DNA of 63,946 bases, counting the filler, from Basidioascus undulatus (Eukaryota), in NCBI GenBank assembly GCA_000826855.1. It is 4 parts of 4 records of this genome, joined end to end, with 100 filler letters (N's around TTAATTAATTAA, not from the genome) between each part and the next. Parts side by side here need not be neighbours in the genome. Positions count along the whole stretch, not along the records: positions 16,104 to 32,071 come from JTLS01000611.1; positions 32,172 to 48,157 come from JTLS01000612.1; 2 more parts are not named here. The stretch is one strand, 5' to 3'. Positions 28,901 through 41,138 of this stretch are shown here, in pieces; the stretch's first letter is position 1, and each line of letters starts with the position of its first letter. Position numbers and translations under genes: made by a program. The notes below the pieces were generated by a model that made no database searches, was not told the origin of the DNA, and worked only from the letters and a program-made list of their open reading frames with translations.

Positions 28901-30918
28901 ACAACGAGCACCTGCAGCGCCCATCGCATCAGCCCACGCCCTGCACTCCGCGCTTAGAACCACCACCGGAGCGACGCACTTCCTCCGGCTTGACCATGCG
29001 CTCGATCATGACGAGGCGGAGGTTCGAGAGGACCTCCGCGTATATGTTCTTCCTGAGAGGGATGCCGGAGAGCATCGCCTGGGGGCTGGCGCCCGCGCCG
29101 CCGAGGCCGGCGGAGAGATTGAGGCCGAGGAGGGGGTTGACGTCCGCGAGGGGCAGCGCCTGGATCTCCTCGTACAGCTCCGAGACGAGCTTGGACCAAT
29201 ACTCGAGGCAGACCTTGAAGATCTCGCGCTCCTCGACCTGCGAGATCTTGACGAGGTACAGGTGTGCGTTCAGCAGCACGTCCCGGTTCTCGGGGTTCTC
29301 GACCAGCTTGAGGTGCGCCGTGAGGAAGTTGGTGAGGAAGAGCGCAAGGTTCAGGACGAGCTCCTGCTCCGCGTCCGAAGACGTCTCGTATGCGCCGGAG
29401 ATGTCTGGGCAAGGGCGGGACAGATCATCAGCATGGAAAGCTTCGTTTCGCAAAAATGTGAAGCGTTGGCGTACCGGTACTTGGCGGAATCATCTTGTTG
29501 ACCGAGGTCATGACGATGTTGAAGAGCATGACAAACTTGGGGTTGTAATCGGGCGTGACGGAGAGCGCGGCGATCTCGGCGAGACACTTGAGCGTGATGT
29601 TGCGGAAGTCGGGGACCTCGAGGAACTAAGCGAGCCAATACATTCGCATCAGCAACCCGCGGTCTGCCATTCACAGCAGTAGGTCAGTGAGCGCACTCGT
29701 GAGACGAGCATGTCGATGATGGTGGTCTGCATTTGCACCAGCGCGTCAGTCCAACGCGTGCCGAGCTCCAAGCCGCCCTTCAAGTCCAACGACGCACCTC
29801 GAAGATGTACCCGAGCGGGATCCAGTTCAAGAACTTGAGGAGCGTCTCGAGCGTGGCGCGGATCAGGCTCGGCTTGACGGCCTTCTCGAGGATCTCAGAG
29901 CAGAGCTTGAAGATCTCGGTGAACTCGGAGCACATCTGGTTCTTGAGGTTCTTAGTCTTGGCCTGCGTCATCTGCTCGGCCGAAAAGTCGAAGATCTCCT
30001 CCGAGAGGAGCTTGAGGATGACCATGTTGTTTTCGCACAGCGAGAGGTTCGTCTTGGACGACGCGACGATCTCGGGGATGAAGGTCGGCCAGTCCTTCGG
30101 CCACGCCTGCTTCAGGATCTGTGGAGGTGTCCGGGGGTGGTGACTGAGTGGATGCCAAGTGGAGCGATGGGGTTGAGGACTAACCTGGACGAGGATGAGG
30201 TTGAGCTTGTTGAGGTACGTCTTTTCCCGCCGCATCGCCGCCTCGTCCTCCGACGTCTTGATAATCGCCCCGACAATGAAGTTCCGAATCCCTGTACCCA
30301 GCTCAACCTTCCATGAGCACCAGCAAACCCATTCCATCCTCCGGTCAAGCAAGCCACGCACCCTGCTGCTGCTCAACCGGCAAGATCTTCCACCGCGTCT
30401 GGATCAACTTTTCCAGGATCTGCAGGCCGATGTACTGCAAGCGGGAGAGCGTTCAGCCAGACACCCTACGTATCTCTCATCGCCACGCCCTATGCCCGCC
30501 CAGACGCGTCAAAGGTCTCTATCCGCTCACCTTGGTTTGCGTGTTCTGGCTCTGCTCGAGGATGCCAGGCACGCGCTGCCATGCGTCGGGATGCTCCTAA
30601 ACGATCATACCCTACGGTCAGCATTACTCGAAATCTTTGACTCGCGCGAAACGCACCTGGAACTGGGTCAGAGCCTGCTGAGCCAGTTGTTGCTGCAGAT
30701 TCCGCCCACCCTCGCGTCAGCTCTCGCAGCAGCCGCAGTGGCCGAGATGCGCACGCACCTCAGACCCAGCTCCTTGGAAGAAGGCGGTGACCACGCGGTC
30801 GAGGAGGGGCACGTCGAGGTCGCGGGAAAAGTCGAGGATGGCCTGGTGTGCGAAGCGAATGTGCAGGTGAGCATGCAGCCCAAGCCGAGCAGCGTGCGGG
30901 ACGTAGCCTCACCTCCAT
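25912..30918 (-). CDS. CRM1: Exportin-1 (CRM1/Xpo1)
   Basis: [13 protein letters not shown]..., [107 protein letters not shown]. Final micro-exon GAGTTGTGA after a GTGCAT...CAG intron. Confidence 0.97.
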
Positions 30919-31473
30919 AGTAATGGCCGTGTCGTCCTGAGAAGCAGAGAAATAAGGACGAGAAGTCAAGGTGGATATCTGCAGGGCGTCGGAGGGGAAA
31001 AGGTGAGCTGAGCGGCAAGGCGGGCGAGCGAGCGGATCTTGATGCTGACTGACGAGCGATGCCGCTCTGGTGCGCGCGGAAGTGGTTTAAGATGCGCCCG
31101 GCGTCTAGGAGTGCGATGCGGTCGATGTACGGGAGAGTATGTAGAGTGCAGGGTAGGGTGGTCGTGGTGGGGGACGGAGGAGGGGAGGGGCAGCTGCGTA
31201 GATGGGAAGGCGAGCTGGTGGTGGCGGGAGCTAGAGGCACGGCGGCGGGCGAGGACCGACGCGACGCTGAGCGAGCGAGCGGCGAAGTCGAAACTCTAGA
31301 AAACAAATACTAATAAACGTGCTATAGAACACTTTATATTATTTGCACTGCCATACTATTGTTGAATATTCATACATTATTCAGCAGTTCCTGCTTCCTC
31401 CGCCGCCGCCACTCCGGCCCGCAACACCGTCCACTCGCTCCCCTTGCCCGTTGTACACGTTCATTCTGCAGCC

Positions 31474-32071
31474 ATGTCGTCTACACCGCGCCCAAAATCA
31501 CCCGCCGCCGCCACAACCACCGCCAGTCCTCCCGCGCTGGACTCCGCCGCGACCGAGACTCCCGCGGCGGCGACAGAGGCGCGCTCCACCACAGCGAACG
31601 AGCCCTCCGAGTCCGCGCCCCCGGCTCCGCCAGCGCAGGCGCACCGCGACCCAAAGGTGCAGGCGCTGTCCGCCATGTTCCCTCAGGTGCGTGTCTGTCC
31701 TTCATCAGAGGTCCCACACCTCGTCGTGACTGAACACCCTCCGCGGGCGAGCAGATCGACGCCGAGATCATCGCCTCCGTCCTCGCTTCCACGGGCGGGA
31801 ACGAGGAGCGGGCGCTCGAGACGCTCCTCCAGCTCAACGACCCGGACTACAAGCCCGAGGCGAGCGTGTCCGATCCACAAGTGCGGCCCTGCCCTCGTCC
31901 TCCTCCCCCTTCTTCCCTGCCGCATATTAACCCCGCCTACGCAGCTCGACGCAGACGAGCAGCTCGCGCGCTCCCTGCAAGCTACGGACCTGGAGGACCA
32001 GCGTCAGCGGGCGCTCGACCAGCAACAGCAGCAGCAGCAGTACGCGAACGTGCCGTACGCCGTTCGGCAGG
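31474..32071 (+). CDS. CUE5: CUE-domain ubiquitin-binding protein (Cue5-like), 3' end cut by the contig end
   Basis: DPKVQALSAMFPQ/IDAEIIASVLASTGGNEERALETLLQLNDPDY has the CUE MFP and LL motifs, followed by QLDADEQLARSLQ. Confidence 0.8.
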
Positions 32072-32171
32072 NNNNNNNNNNNNNNNNNNNNNNNNNNNNN
32101 NNNNNNNNNNNNNNNTTAATTAATTAANNNNNNNNNNNNNNNNNNNNNNNNNNNNNNNNNNNNNNNNNNNN
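32072..32171. other. Artificial contig spacer
   Basis: 44 N + TTAATTAATTAA + 44 N. Confidence 0.98.
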
Positions 32172-33064
32172 GTACAACTTCCGGGGTGCCTGCCCTTCAC
32201 GCGTGCATTGTACGCTTTTCAAGAAAGATGGGAGCCTCACGCCCCGGACCATTGGCAGCGTCCACAGGAAAGGGAGCGTTCTTAAAAGTTCTAGCCAGTG
32301 TATCCAGTTCAAACACTCCCTTTCTATGCACGCGACTCGAGAGGCTGCTGGGGCATAAGCTGAGTTGTCCACCACGAACTGCGAAGCGTCTGGGTCACTG
32401 AGCACGTGTACATAGCACCTAGAAACGGAGAGTTCTGTAGGACGGCATCAGCAATCTGGGAGGCCGCTGAAAAGAAGGCCGATAGGGTCAGGGGGGTGCT
32501 ACGTAACTGGCCGACGCAAGCAGTGCAGGGCAGGAAAGTGTGGCAAGCGGCGGTCACCCACTCTACACAGATCCTGCGGGCAGGCCAAAAGAAACCAGGC
32601 TTGCATTCTCAGAAACGCACAAACGGAACCCGTATAGAGTCAGGGGCCCAGCAGCGCGTGAAAAACCCGGTTCCCGTCAGCTCGCCCCTAGTAGCATTCG
32701 CTTTTTACTACTTAGTCCGGGCCCTTGAGGCGATTCCCATGGCTCTCGCTTTTTGCTTTCTTCCTCGCCCCCTTGCCCCCTTTTTTTGCCCATTTATTGG
32801 AAACCAAGCGATCATAGAAACCATATGAGCTGGTAAGAGTGGGAATAGAAGTGGAAAAACGAGAGAAAGCCGTAAGTCAGGCATAAACGCTCCCAAGAGC
32901 GCTTGGAACCGCGCAAGTCGCTTCTTGCTGGCCCCCTGACGGCGCTGAGAGGTCTGTGCTTGTGCGGCTCGGCGTAGCGTGACGGTGCTTTGAAAGCTGA
33001 GGGAGGACGACGAGTCGAGTATCGTAGAGCTCGAGACGAAGAACATAGCTGTGAACGGGATAGC

Positions 33065-34069
33065 GAGCTGGACAAGGCTTGTTTCGCATGCCACGCTCAC
33101 GCGCCTGCGCGCGCAATACTCCTCGACTGTGGGCAAGGTGCCGTGCATCTTGGCCACGCCCTCGCAGAACATGCGGTAAGATTCGAGAGTGCGCTTCCAG
33201 GCGGCTGTCATCAAGAAAGCGAAAGCGGTCAGTGACTTCGACAGCCAGCCGTGAAATCAACGATGGAAAACAAGAGAGCGAGGACGCACCGGTAGAGCAG
33301 CCGGCGCGCATGACCGGTGCGATGTGCTGCTCCAAAGCCTGGAGGATAGGGTTTGAGGAGCTGGGGGTGTTGTCGGGGCTAGAGAGTTCGAGCAGACGGT
33401 CAATCATCTCGTTGGTCTCGCGGATGTAGGCCTCGATGCCCGGGCGGTCGTGGGTGAGCTGGCCGCAGTCGATCTCTGTTGTAAGGGTTTACATGCGCTC
33501 TGTAAGTTTGCCATTCGGGAAGTAACAACGGAGAGGACTGAATTAAGATGGGAAAGGAACACGATTGCTTACCGTCATCCCAAACAGCAAGCTACACGAC
33601 GACGATGGAAGGTCAGTCACCTTGCCCGATAATGGAGACTCGGCAAGAATCGCATAGCCCTTACCCAACCGAGATAGTACGCCAAAATCTTGTACTCTTC
33701 CCATTCCGCGTCCGGGTAGAAGTGGCCGGCGACCAGGGCAAAGTCCCCTGCGGGGATCTTCTTGCGCATCTTCTCGTCCGGCGTCCAGCTGCATTCCAGG
33801 TCGGAGTGCCTTCAGCAATCAACGTTGTCTTGACCTTCCCCTCCTGCAGCCGACCCGTCCGGCAGGGGAAAAAGTGGAAGCGCTTACCCCAGCAGCCACT
33901 CGTCGGCGACGGGGCGCATCTTCTAGTAAAGCGGGTTGAGGGCAAAGGGCCAGCCGTGGAGGATGGAGAAGAGGTCGGGCAACTTGATACTGGTTGAGAC
34001 GGTGGCTGGCTGCTCATCACAAGGGTTGCTGACGGGGGCGACGGGGTGGGTTCTGGTGACGGAGAACAT
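33065..34069 (-). pseudogene. Class I terpene (sesquiterpene) cyclase pseudogene
   Basis: Five exons: MFSV...IKLPDLFSILHGWPFALNPLY*KMRPVADEWLL/GWTPDEKMRKKIPAGDFALVAGHFYPDAEWEEYKILAYYLGW/LAVWDD/EIDCGQLTHD.../...LPTVEEYCARRRVSVAC. In-frame TAG at 33923-33925. DDEID metal-binding motif present; no NSE/DTE motif found. Confidence 0.8.
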
Positions 34070-34327
34070 CTTTTGCGAAGGGTATTGCGTGTTGACTTAC
34101 GAGCAGATGGGTGTGCCAGGGATGAGGGGACGGTGGGAAATGCAGGTGAGATAGGAGAAGAGGAAAGGCCCGCACTCTTTAAATGCTCGACCTGACACTG
34201 CACCGTCCCGCTAGTTACAGACGAAGTATTCGGGTAATATCTGAAGACCGAAGCAGAATGCACGCAAGGATGCTGGACGGGATCAAAAAAAGGGACTATT
34301 TGGAATGTATGAGCCTCAAACTGTCCC

Positions 34328-34575
34328 ATCGGCGTCGGGATGCTGCGTCCTGGTCTGTGATGCTGAAAGAAAGCCGGGGATATGGTTAGTGTTAAGCCCC
34401 TGCATGCACGTTTATTACAACCTTGTCCCTAAGACTGTGGATATAAAAATGATCGGCGTCGAGATGCTGCTTCCTGGTCTGATGCAAAAAGAAACCCGGG
34501 GGTATGGTTAGTGGTTAGACTAGAAAGCCCCTGCATGCTATAACATTGTCCGTAAGACTGTGGGTACAAAAATGA
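34328..34575. repeat. Imperfect tandem duplication, unit about 124 bp, 2 copies
   Basis: ATCGGCGTCG.GATGCTGC.TCCTGGTCTG...GAAA.CCGGGG.TATGGTTAGTG...AAGCCCCTGCATGC...TTGTCC.TAAGACTGTGG.TA.AAAAATGA starts at 34328 and again at 34452. Confidence 0.9.
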
Positions 34576-36831
34576 CACGGGAGCTTGATACCTGGCATGC
34601 TTATGCTCGAGGGAGGCCAGCGGTTCCCCGCCAAAGGATCAGCAAGCCATCAGACTAACAATGGTCGTACTATTGGTTTCGAAAGGCTTTACGGCCGCCC
34701 TGGAGCTGGTGGAGTCAGCAGGGCAATTGTTCTAAATGGCAAGAAGAAGGTGGCCGGCGCGCGGTCCAAAGTGACCGCCAGACGAGAAGCGACGAAGCAC
34801 ATATGTCCAGTCGAAGGAAACGGCGACGCAAGCTGGTCGGCACAAGAAAGGGAGCAAAAGCCCCCTAGAATGCCAACAGTATCGTCGTACGCTCTTGCCT
34901 TCCAGAATGGAGGCGTGAATAACAAGCTCTTGTTTCTCTCAGCTCCTGTGATTTGGTCTTGCCGGCGGCAGAAGATAAATCTGAAGCAGCGATGGTGCGT
35001 GGGGTCTGATTGCAAGCGACGCCATGCCTTAAGTAGAAAGCTGGAAAAGGAATTAATATTCTATTTCAGCCTTAGTAGTATTTACCAATTCACTGGAACG
35101 TCGTCACGGTGACTTGTGCTTACGTCTATCTCCTGTAGCGCCTCAGTTTTGTACAGACCGCGTTGCAGTAACGCAGCCGCCTTGATCGGATGTCGGCTCG
35201 CTTTAAGTAAGCCGTATTGAGTTCCAAGACATCTTGTTTCCCTTCTCCATGTCAAAGACATGAGCGGTGCACGTTTACTTCACTCGGTTCTTTGTGCGCG
35301 CATTTGCGGTCGGGCCATTTGCCGTTGAAGAGCAATACGAACTGCAATTCGCTGCACCGCAGCATGTCTCCTCGTCTCATGACTGCAGACTCGCAGTAAA
35401 TCCTCTGAAAGCTTACCAGGAAAGTCGCTGAACATGTTGTTTTTCGGCTGCTTCAGGGGTGCCCATGGCAGTGGAAGAGACCTATTAACGTAGTTCGACA
35501 CGCTCCGCCACATACCGGTTACTTGAGCGTTAATCGGAGTTTGGGAAAGCAAGTAACAGAGGTTATATATGTATTCATGCGCAATCATGCTCTACTTTAG
35601 GGCTTTCTGGCACCCTAGCTTGCAGCTTCCAATCCCTGCACTTCGTGAAATCACTTTCAGCGAGACAGCCGCACCCAGTCGGCAAGTCAGCCCACAAGGA
35701 AGAACGTACCTTTTTGATAGTCGAGAACAACAGTACAACCGCTGGCACCTCAAAGCATTAAAAGTTAGGGCTTAAACACGTGGATAATAAGGACAAATAA
35801 ATATCTCTATTGGTGTTCTGGATGTCTCCCTTGGCGGATGCGGCAATATGCCAGTCAGACACGCAACAACAAACGCCCCTCCGCTTCCGCTTCCGACACC
35901 CGACGCTGTGCCACCCAGCGACTGTCTGCAGCGGCTCTTGGCTCGCGGGAGAACGCTCCTTTCCTCGTCCTCACCTCCCATACACCGACTCCCTCCGATG
36001 TCCGACTGGACCTCAGAGCGACCTGCACCTGCCCCGTCCATCTACACACTACCATCTGAACGGCGCAGTCGTACCACCTTCACGAGCGTCTCCGTCAATC
36101 GCGATCCCAACACCACCCTGGTACAACACAATCACTTTTACGGCGACGTCTCGCGTATCGCTCAGTCGTCTCCTCGCCACGGCCTCGACCCCATCCCACC
36201 CGTCCTGGGCGGCCCGCCAACCATTCCCTAGTGCGTGGGAGGCTTCCACAAAAGAGGATGTACCATTCACCCCATTATACGACGGGCTCTCCGAAGCCCC
36301 TAGGTGCAAGAGCGGGAGCTTCTGGCAATTCTGCAGTCGCCGACTCGGAAGAACATGACAGTACAAGGTCGCCCTTCGGATCTTCCATAACACACTTTGC
36401 CTCCTAGCTCGAGCAGATCACAAACTTCCCTTGGGTCACGGTATCTCATGTGTCACTCCCATCCCGAGTCCATGCAGCCAGGAGGCAGGAAGACTTCCAA
36501 CTGCCCGCCCTCACATCCACCGTATGTCAGTAGTTCGCACTGAAACAACAGTGTATTGGAGTATCAGCCGGCAGTTTCTCTCTAAAAAGCTATGAATCTG
36601 CGTCTCCCAATTCTCGAAGGTCAACATTTCAACGAACTTTTGAACTTGCAAGTGGCCCGCCCAGGCCTCTACAGCGTCAAGCTAACAGCGCGATCATCAT
36701 AACAGCAGCCGTTGTAGCAACGGCGACTGCGATTGCGGCTGTCGTGCGGCCTTAACACCTGTTCAACCACTAACCATCACCTTCAGCCAGCCATCACTCT
36801 CTCAAACAGCAAGACAACCCACAGACGCATC

Positions 36832-37074
36832 ATGGCGCCCCAGCCCAAGGCATACGCCACCTGGCCCTCGCCCATCTCGACCGACCCCATGTCCGTCCGT
36901 CCCTTCACTCCCTCCCCTCCCTCCCCCGCTAACCTCCATCTCCCCATACACAAAATTCCGTCCCACTTGCATACACAGACTCGCTAGCGTCAATCAACAG
37001 CTTTCAAGTCTATCTGTCTTCTCACTTTCAGGCATTCTCTCATATATCGAACCTGGTTTCCGGGCTGCCTGCCG
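36832..37074 (+). pseudogene. 5' fragment of an S9-family (acylaminoacyl/dipeptidyl) peptidase
   Basis: MAPQPKAYATWPSPISTD matches the YGTWxSPI N-terminal motif of S9 peptidases. It is followed by a GTCCGT donor and a degenerate second exon. Confidence 0.55.
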
Positions 37075-37161
37075 GTACCCATCCCCCACCCTACTTTTTC
37101 ACCCACGCGGTATCGCTCCCAATCCCATCCAACTGTCCTGCTCACTTCCCCTCTCCCGAAT

Positions 37162-37398
37162 TTACTCGCCCAGTCCAAACACCCGAGTATAAAACGCGAG
37201 CTCCCTCTCGAGCGCCTTCTTGACCGTCTCGGCCTTGCGGAAACCGTGGCCCTCGCCGTCAAACAACTCGTACTCGACCGTGCGGCCCAGCGCCTTGAGC
37301 CTGTCCACTACGAGCTCGGCCTGCCCCCACCCCCGTCAGCGTTCCGTGTTCCAGAGGGAAAAAAGGATAGGATAGGGTACCTGGTTCGGGGGGACGAC
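37162..37398 (-). pseudogene. 3' fragment of an S9-family peptidase (last two exons, including the catalytic His)
   Basis: VVPPNQ (37381-37398), intron, then AELVVDRLKALGRTVEYELFDGEGHGFRKAETVKKALERELAFYTRVFGLGE* (37162-37320). No upstream exons on this strand. Confidence 0.85.
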
Positions 37399-37477
37399 CT
37401 GCCAGATGCGGGGGAGGTGAGCAAGGCGAACCAGGGGGAGAGAAGCGAGTTGGGAAGGAAGGGTGGGGGACATGCAG

Positions 37478-39385
37478 CCATCCTCCTCGCTGGACATGCC
37501 TGGCTCATCGTCCTCATCATGGTCTGCCAATCTGTCGTCTACCGCGAGGTCACTGCGCTGTTTGGGTTCAAGACGGAGAGCAGCACGCGCGGGGACAAGG
37601 TCGACGGCGGGAACGGCGAGCGTGACCGGTGGTCGACTATCCTCAACTGGTTCGTACCTCTCTTCCCCCCCCTCCCCTCGCGTTCGCCTTTTCCAGTATC
37701 CTTCTCGCCCTTCGTTTTCGCTTTTTCCTGTCCCGATTCCCCGCTCCCCATCCCTCTTCCCTTGACCCTCTTACGCCTTCACCTTCGCTCTGTGTGCGCG
37801 ATCTGCAGATTACTGACAGATCACTCCTCCGGCGCAGGTACTTCTTCGTCGTGACCAACTACTTCCTCTACGGCGAATCCATCATCTACTACCTCAAGCA
37901 CATCATCTTTGCCGACGTCTACTTCCTCCAGCTCGCCAAGCACCACCGCTTCATCTCGTTCATGCTGTACACCATCGGTGCGTCGCCCTCTACCCCCTCT
38001 ACCCCTTCTGCCCTCTTCTCCGTCTGGCTACAGAAGTGTACTGAAATGGAACTTGCGCGGTTTGAAACAGGCTTCGTCGGCTTCGTTGCGAACCTCAAGC
38101 GCGCGCATCTCAAGCGCCAGTTCGGCCTCTTCTGCTGGGTGCACATGAGCCTACTCCTCGTAGTTGTCTCGAGGTGAGCTGCTGCTCCAACTTCACTCAT
38201 CCGTGCTTTGCCTCAACGTCCACCTCCACCCAGCCACTTCATCGTGAACAACATCCTCGAGGTGCGTAGCCGTCCAGACACAGAACGTACCCCGACGTAG
38301 CCCTCTGACATGGAAAGCGTGGAATGGATAGGGCATCATCTGGTTCTGGATCCCCGCTTCGCTCGTCATTTGCAACGACATCTTCGCGTACATCTTCGGT
38401 CCGTCCTTTTCCGGTCTCATCTATGCTCTGCACTCGCCAGGCATGCTCATCCACCTGTCTCACTCCGCAGGCATGGCCTTCGGCCGCACCCCCCTGATCA
38501 AGCTCAGCCCGAAGAAGACGGTTGAGGGCTTCGTGGGCGGCGCGTTCGCGACAGTGCTCTTCGCTTACGGCGTGCGTCGCTCTCCTCCCTATCCGCTTCA
38601 CGATAGTCCCTGGCTGATGTAGATATGGATGGGGCGGTGTAACAGTGGGCGACGCTCTTCCAGAGGTTCAAGTACATGATCTGCCCCGTGCACGACCTCG
38701 GCACGTCGGCGTTCTCATCCGTCGACTGCGTGCCCAACCACGTCTTCCACTGGCAGGAGGCCGAGCTCGCCCCCCCGCTCTCGGCACTCGCTTCTTCTAT
38801 CGTCCGTCCCTCTTCCGCCACCTCCTTCTGCCTCCCCCTTGCTTTTCCCCTCCCCCTTGCTCTTCGCCCTTCCCCTTTCCCTTTCCCCTGCCCCTTCGCC
38901 TTTCTTCGAGAGCTCACCTCGTGTGGTGGTACGCAGCTCGGCCGCCCGATCACCCACTTCCCCTACACGCCCTTCCAGCTCCACGCGCTCGTCATGGCCG
39001 TCTTCGCCTCGCTCGTCGCGCCCTTCGGCGGCTTCTTCGCGTCCGGCTTTAAGCGCGCGTTCAACATCAAAGACTTTGGGCACTCGATTCCAGGGCACGG
39101 TGGGCTCACGGACCGGATGGACTGCCAGTGCGCTCCGCTCCTCTTCCCCTGTCCCTTCCACCGCCTCCGAAGAAGGATAATTCAAGCTGACTGTGGCGCA
39201 ATCCCAGGTTTCTCATGGGCCTCTTCGCCTACGTCTACTACTCGTCCCTCATCCGCGAGACGCACGTCACGACCGGCCAGGTCCTTCAGACGATCGTCTC
39301 GAGCCTCCGCCCGGACGAGCAGATTCAGCTCTTTGCCGACTTCAAGCGCTACCTCGACGGCCAGGGGCTCAAGGTCGAGTGCTGA
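37478..39385 (+). CDS. CDS1: Phosphatidate cytidylyltransferase (CDP-DAG synthase), 5' exons not found
   Basis: [128 protein letters not shown]. Confidence 0.9.
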
Positions 39386-40213
39386 GCCGCCCCGCTCCTC
39401 CCCTCCCTTGTCCGCGCCCCCTACCTTCAAACACCCCCAACATGTCTTTTATTGCCCCGTTATGAACTACCATCCCCAACTCCTCGCATCTAAGCACCCT
39501 TGGACACTCCCAAAACCAGTTCATGTTCTGCCTCTTTGTCGCTGTTCGCTTTTTTTCGCCGTCGCTGCGTCCTGTCTGCTTTGGCGGCTTGTGCATATGA
39601 TGTGGTCTAAGCGCGCTCGGGCTGGGAGGCTGGTGCTATGAGTGTGTGCGTGGGTGAGGATGCACAGTTTGGTCTACTGGCGGTGAGGAATTTCTGAGCG
39701 CGGATGGCGCAGTTGAGGAAAATGCGCAAGTCTTGACGCGCTGTTCGAAGAGATGCAGACGTAGCTCGTTAGAGGCCAATGGGAAGATACCCCGTCCTCC
39801 ATGTCTCCGCGCAATAGGAAAAAGCCACAACTTGAAGCGCCGGGCAGCAAGTGTTGTCTCTGCAACGCTGTCCCACCGTTCAACAGGGACTGCAAACTCG
39901 GCCAGCATAGGCGCAGATGAGCACATGCCATGCAAATGGGATCGACGGCCTCTTCCTCCACAGCACAGCATCTTCTCTCTGCATTACAGTCTTGGCTGTT
40001 CTGTAGGGAGGTGAACATGAGTTTCAGGGTCATCCGGTGCTGCGTGCAACGTGCAGGACGTCCAAGGCAGTCGACAGACGTTTAGTGCACCTTCAATTCG
40101 TCTCATTTGTATACGTACACATTTCAGACAGGGAGTCTTTACATTGCATAATTGTACAGCTCTGAAGCGGCAGAGGTGCCTTAGGAGTAAAGTTTGAAGT
40201 GATTGTCGGACAG

Positions 40214-40440
40214 CCACACTTGCTGTAGCTCATGCAACAGTACTTCGGCGTTGGCAAAATTTACGACCAGGGGCACAACTGTACTTACGATGTCACGCGA
40301 GCCCAGGACTTGCTAGCGGTCATTGTGCCGCACTTTTTGGCCTACCCGTTGCTGAGCACTAAGGCCGTCACGTTTGCGCTCTGGGTGCGAGCCTTGCAGC
40401 TATACGCCGCGGGCTTGCACCACACGCCTGAAGGCGAGGT
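40214..40440 (+). pseudogene. LAGLIDADG homing endonuclease fragment
   Basis: HLL*LMQQYFGVGKIY...CTYDVTRAQDLLAVIVPHFLAYPLLSTKAVTFALW...HHTPEG matches the YFGxGxI...IIPHFxxYPLxxxKxxxF...HLTxEG half of fungal intron LAGLIDADG domains. In-frame TAG at 40226. Confidence 0.8.
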
Positions 40441-41138
40441 CGAGTCCGTGCGAATCCAGGCGACACGAGTGTATGTCATGCGTGCAGCGGGCCCGGGAGG
40501 GTATCCTTGCTTCGTCTTCGCCATCACAGCCGAGCTTTCTAGTGAGAATTAGATATTTTTCCTCGTATAATTTGGTGTATTTCCGACCATTTATTTATTT
40601 TATTCCGGCGGGACGTATTCGGCACATACTCTCTTTTGCGAGCTTCGCAAAGCGTCTTCAACCGCTGTCTCTGGCTGCCTCATGGCATTGCCTGGTTGTA
40701 ATGATAAGCCTGTTTGATGAGCGAACCCAGAACGATAGGGTTCACGGATATTGCACTATCTAAAGACCGGGTCACTGATGTGCGGACAGGTTCTTAGGGC
40801 GTCCGATCCAGGCTTGGGCAGACGTTATCTCCCGCACGAGCCAATGAACGGATGTTGAGCTCTCCAGACATTCTGTCTTCTGTCTGGGCCCTTCTGCCTG
40901 GGTTGTTGCTGAAGATTCAACGTCGAACGGCCTCTGTGCAGTTCGGCGGTTGTCGCCGGGCTTCTGTGCCTGAACTTCGCACGACGATAAGCCGTGCGAT
41001 AAGCCTTGGAACGCTAAGTACTTGAGCGCCGCGCACACGGTCGCTGCTGACCGCATCCGTGTTGCCCCTTCGATCGCCTTCATCCCTCAAGCCTCTTCTC
41101 ATCATCTCGCCCGGAACCCACTCGGACATCTATTGAGA

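Noticed and set aside
35998..36231. Small ORF MSDWTSERP... as the missing CDS1 first exon
   Set aside because: It lacks the hydrophobic first transmembrane segment expected of Cds1 and shows no similarity I can recognise.
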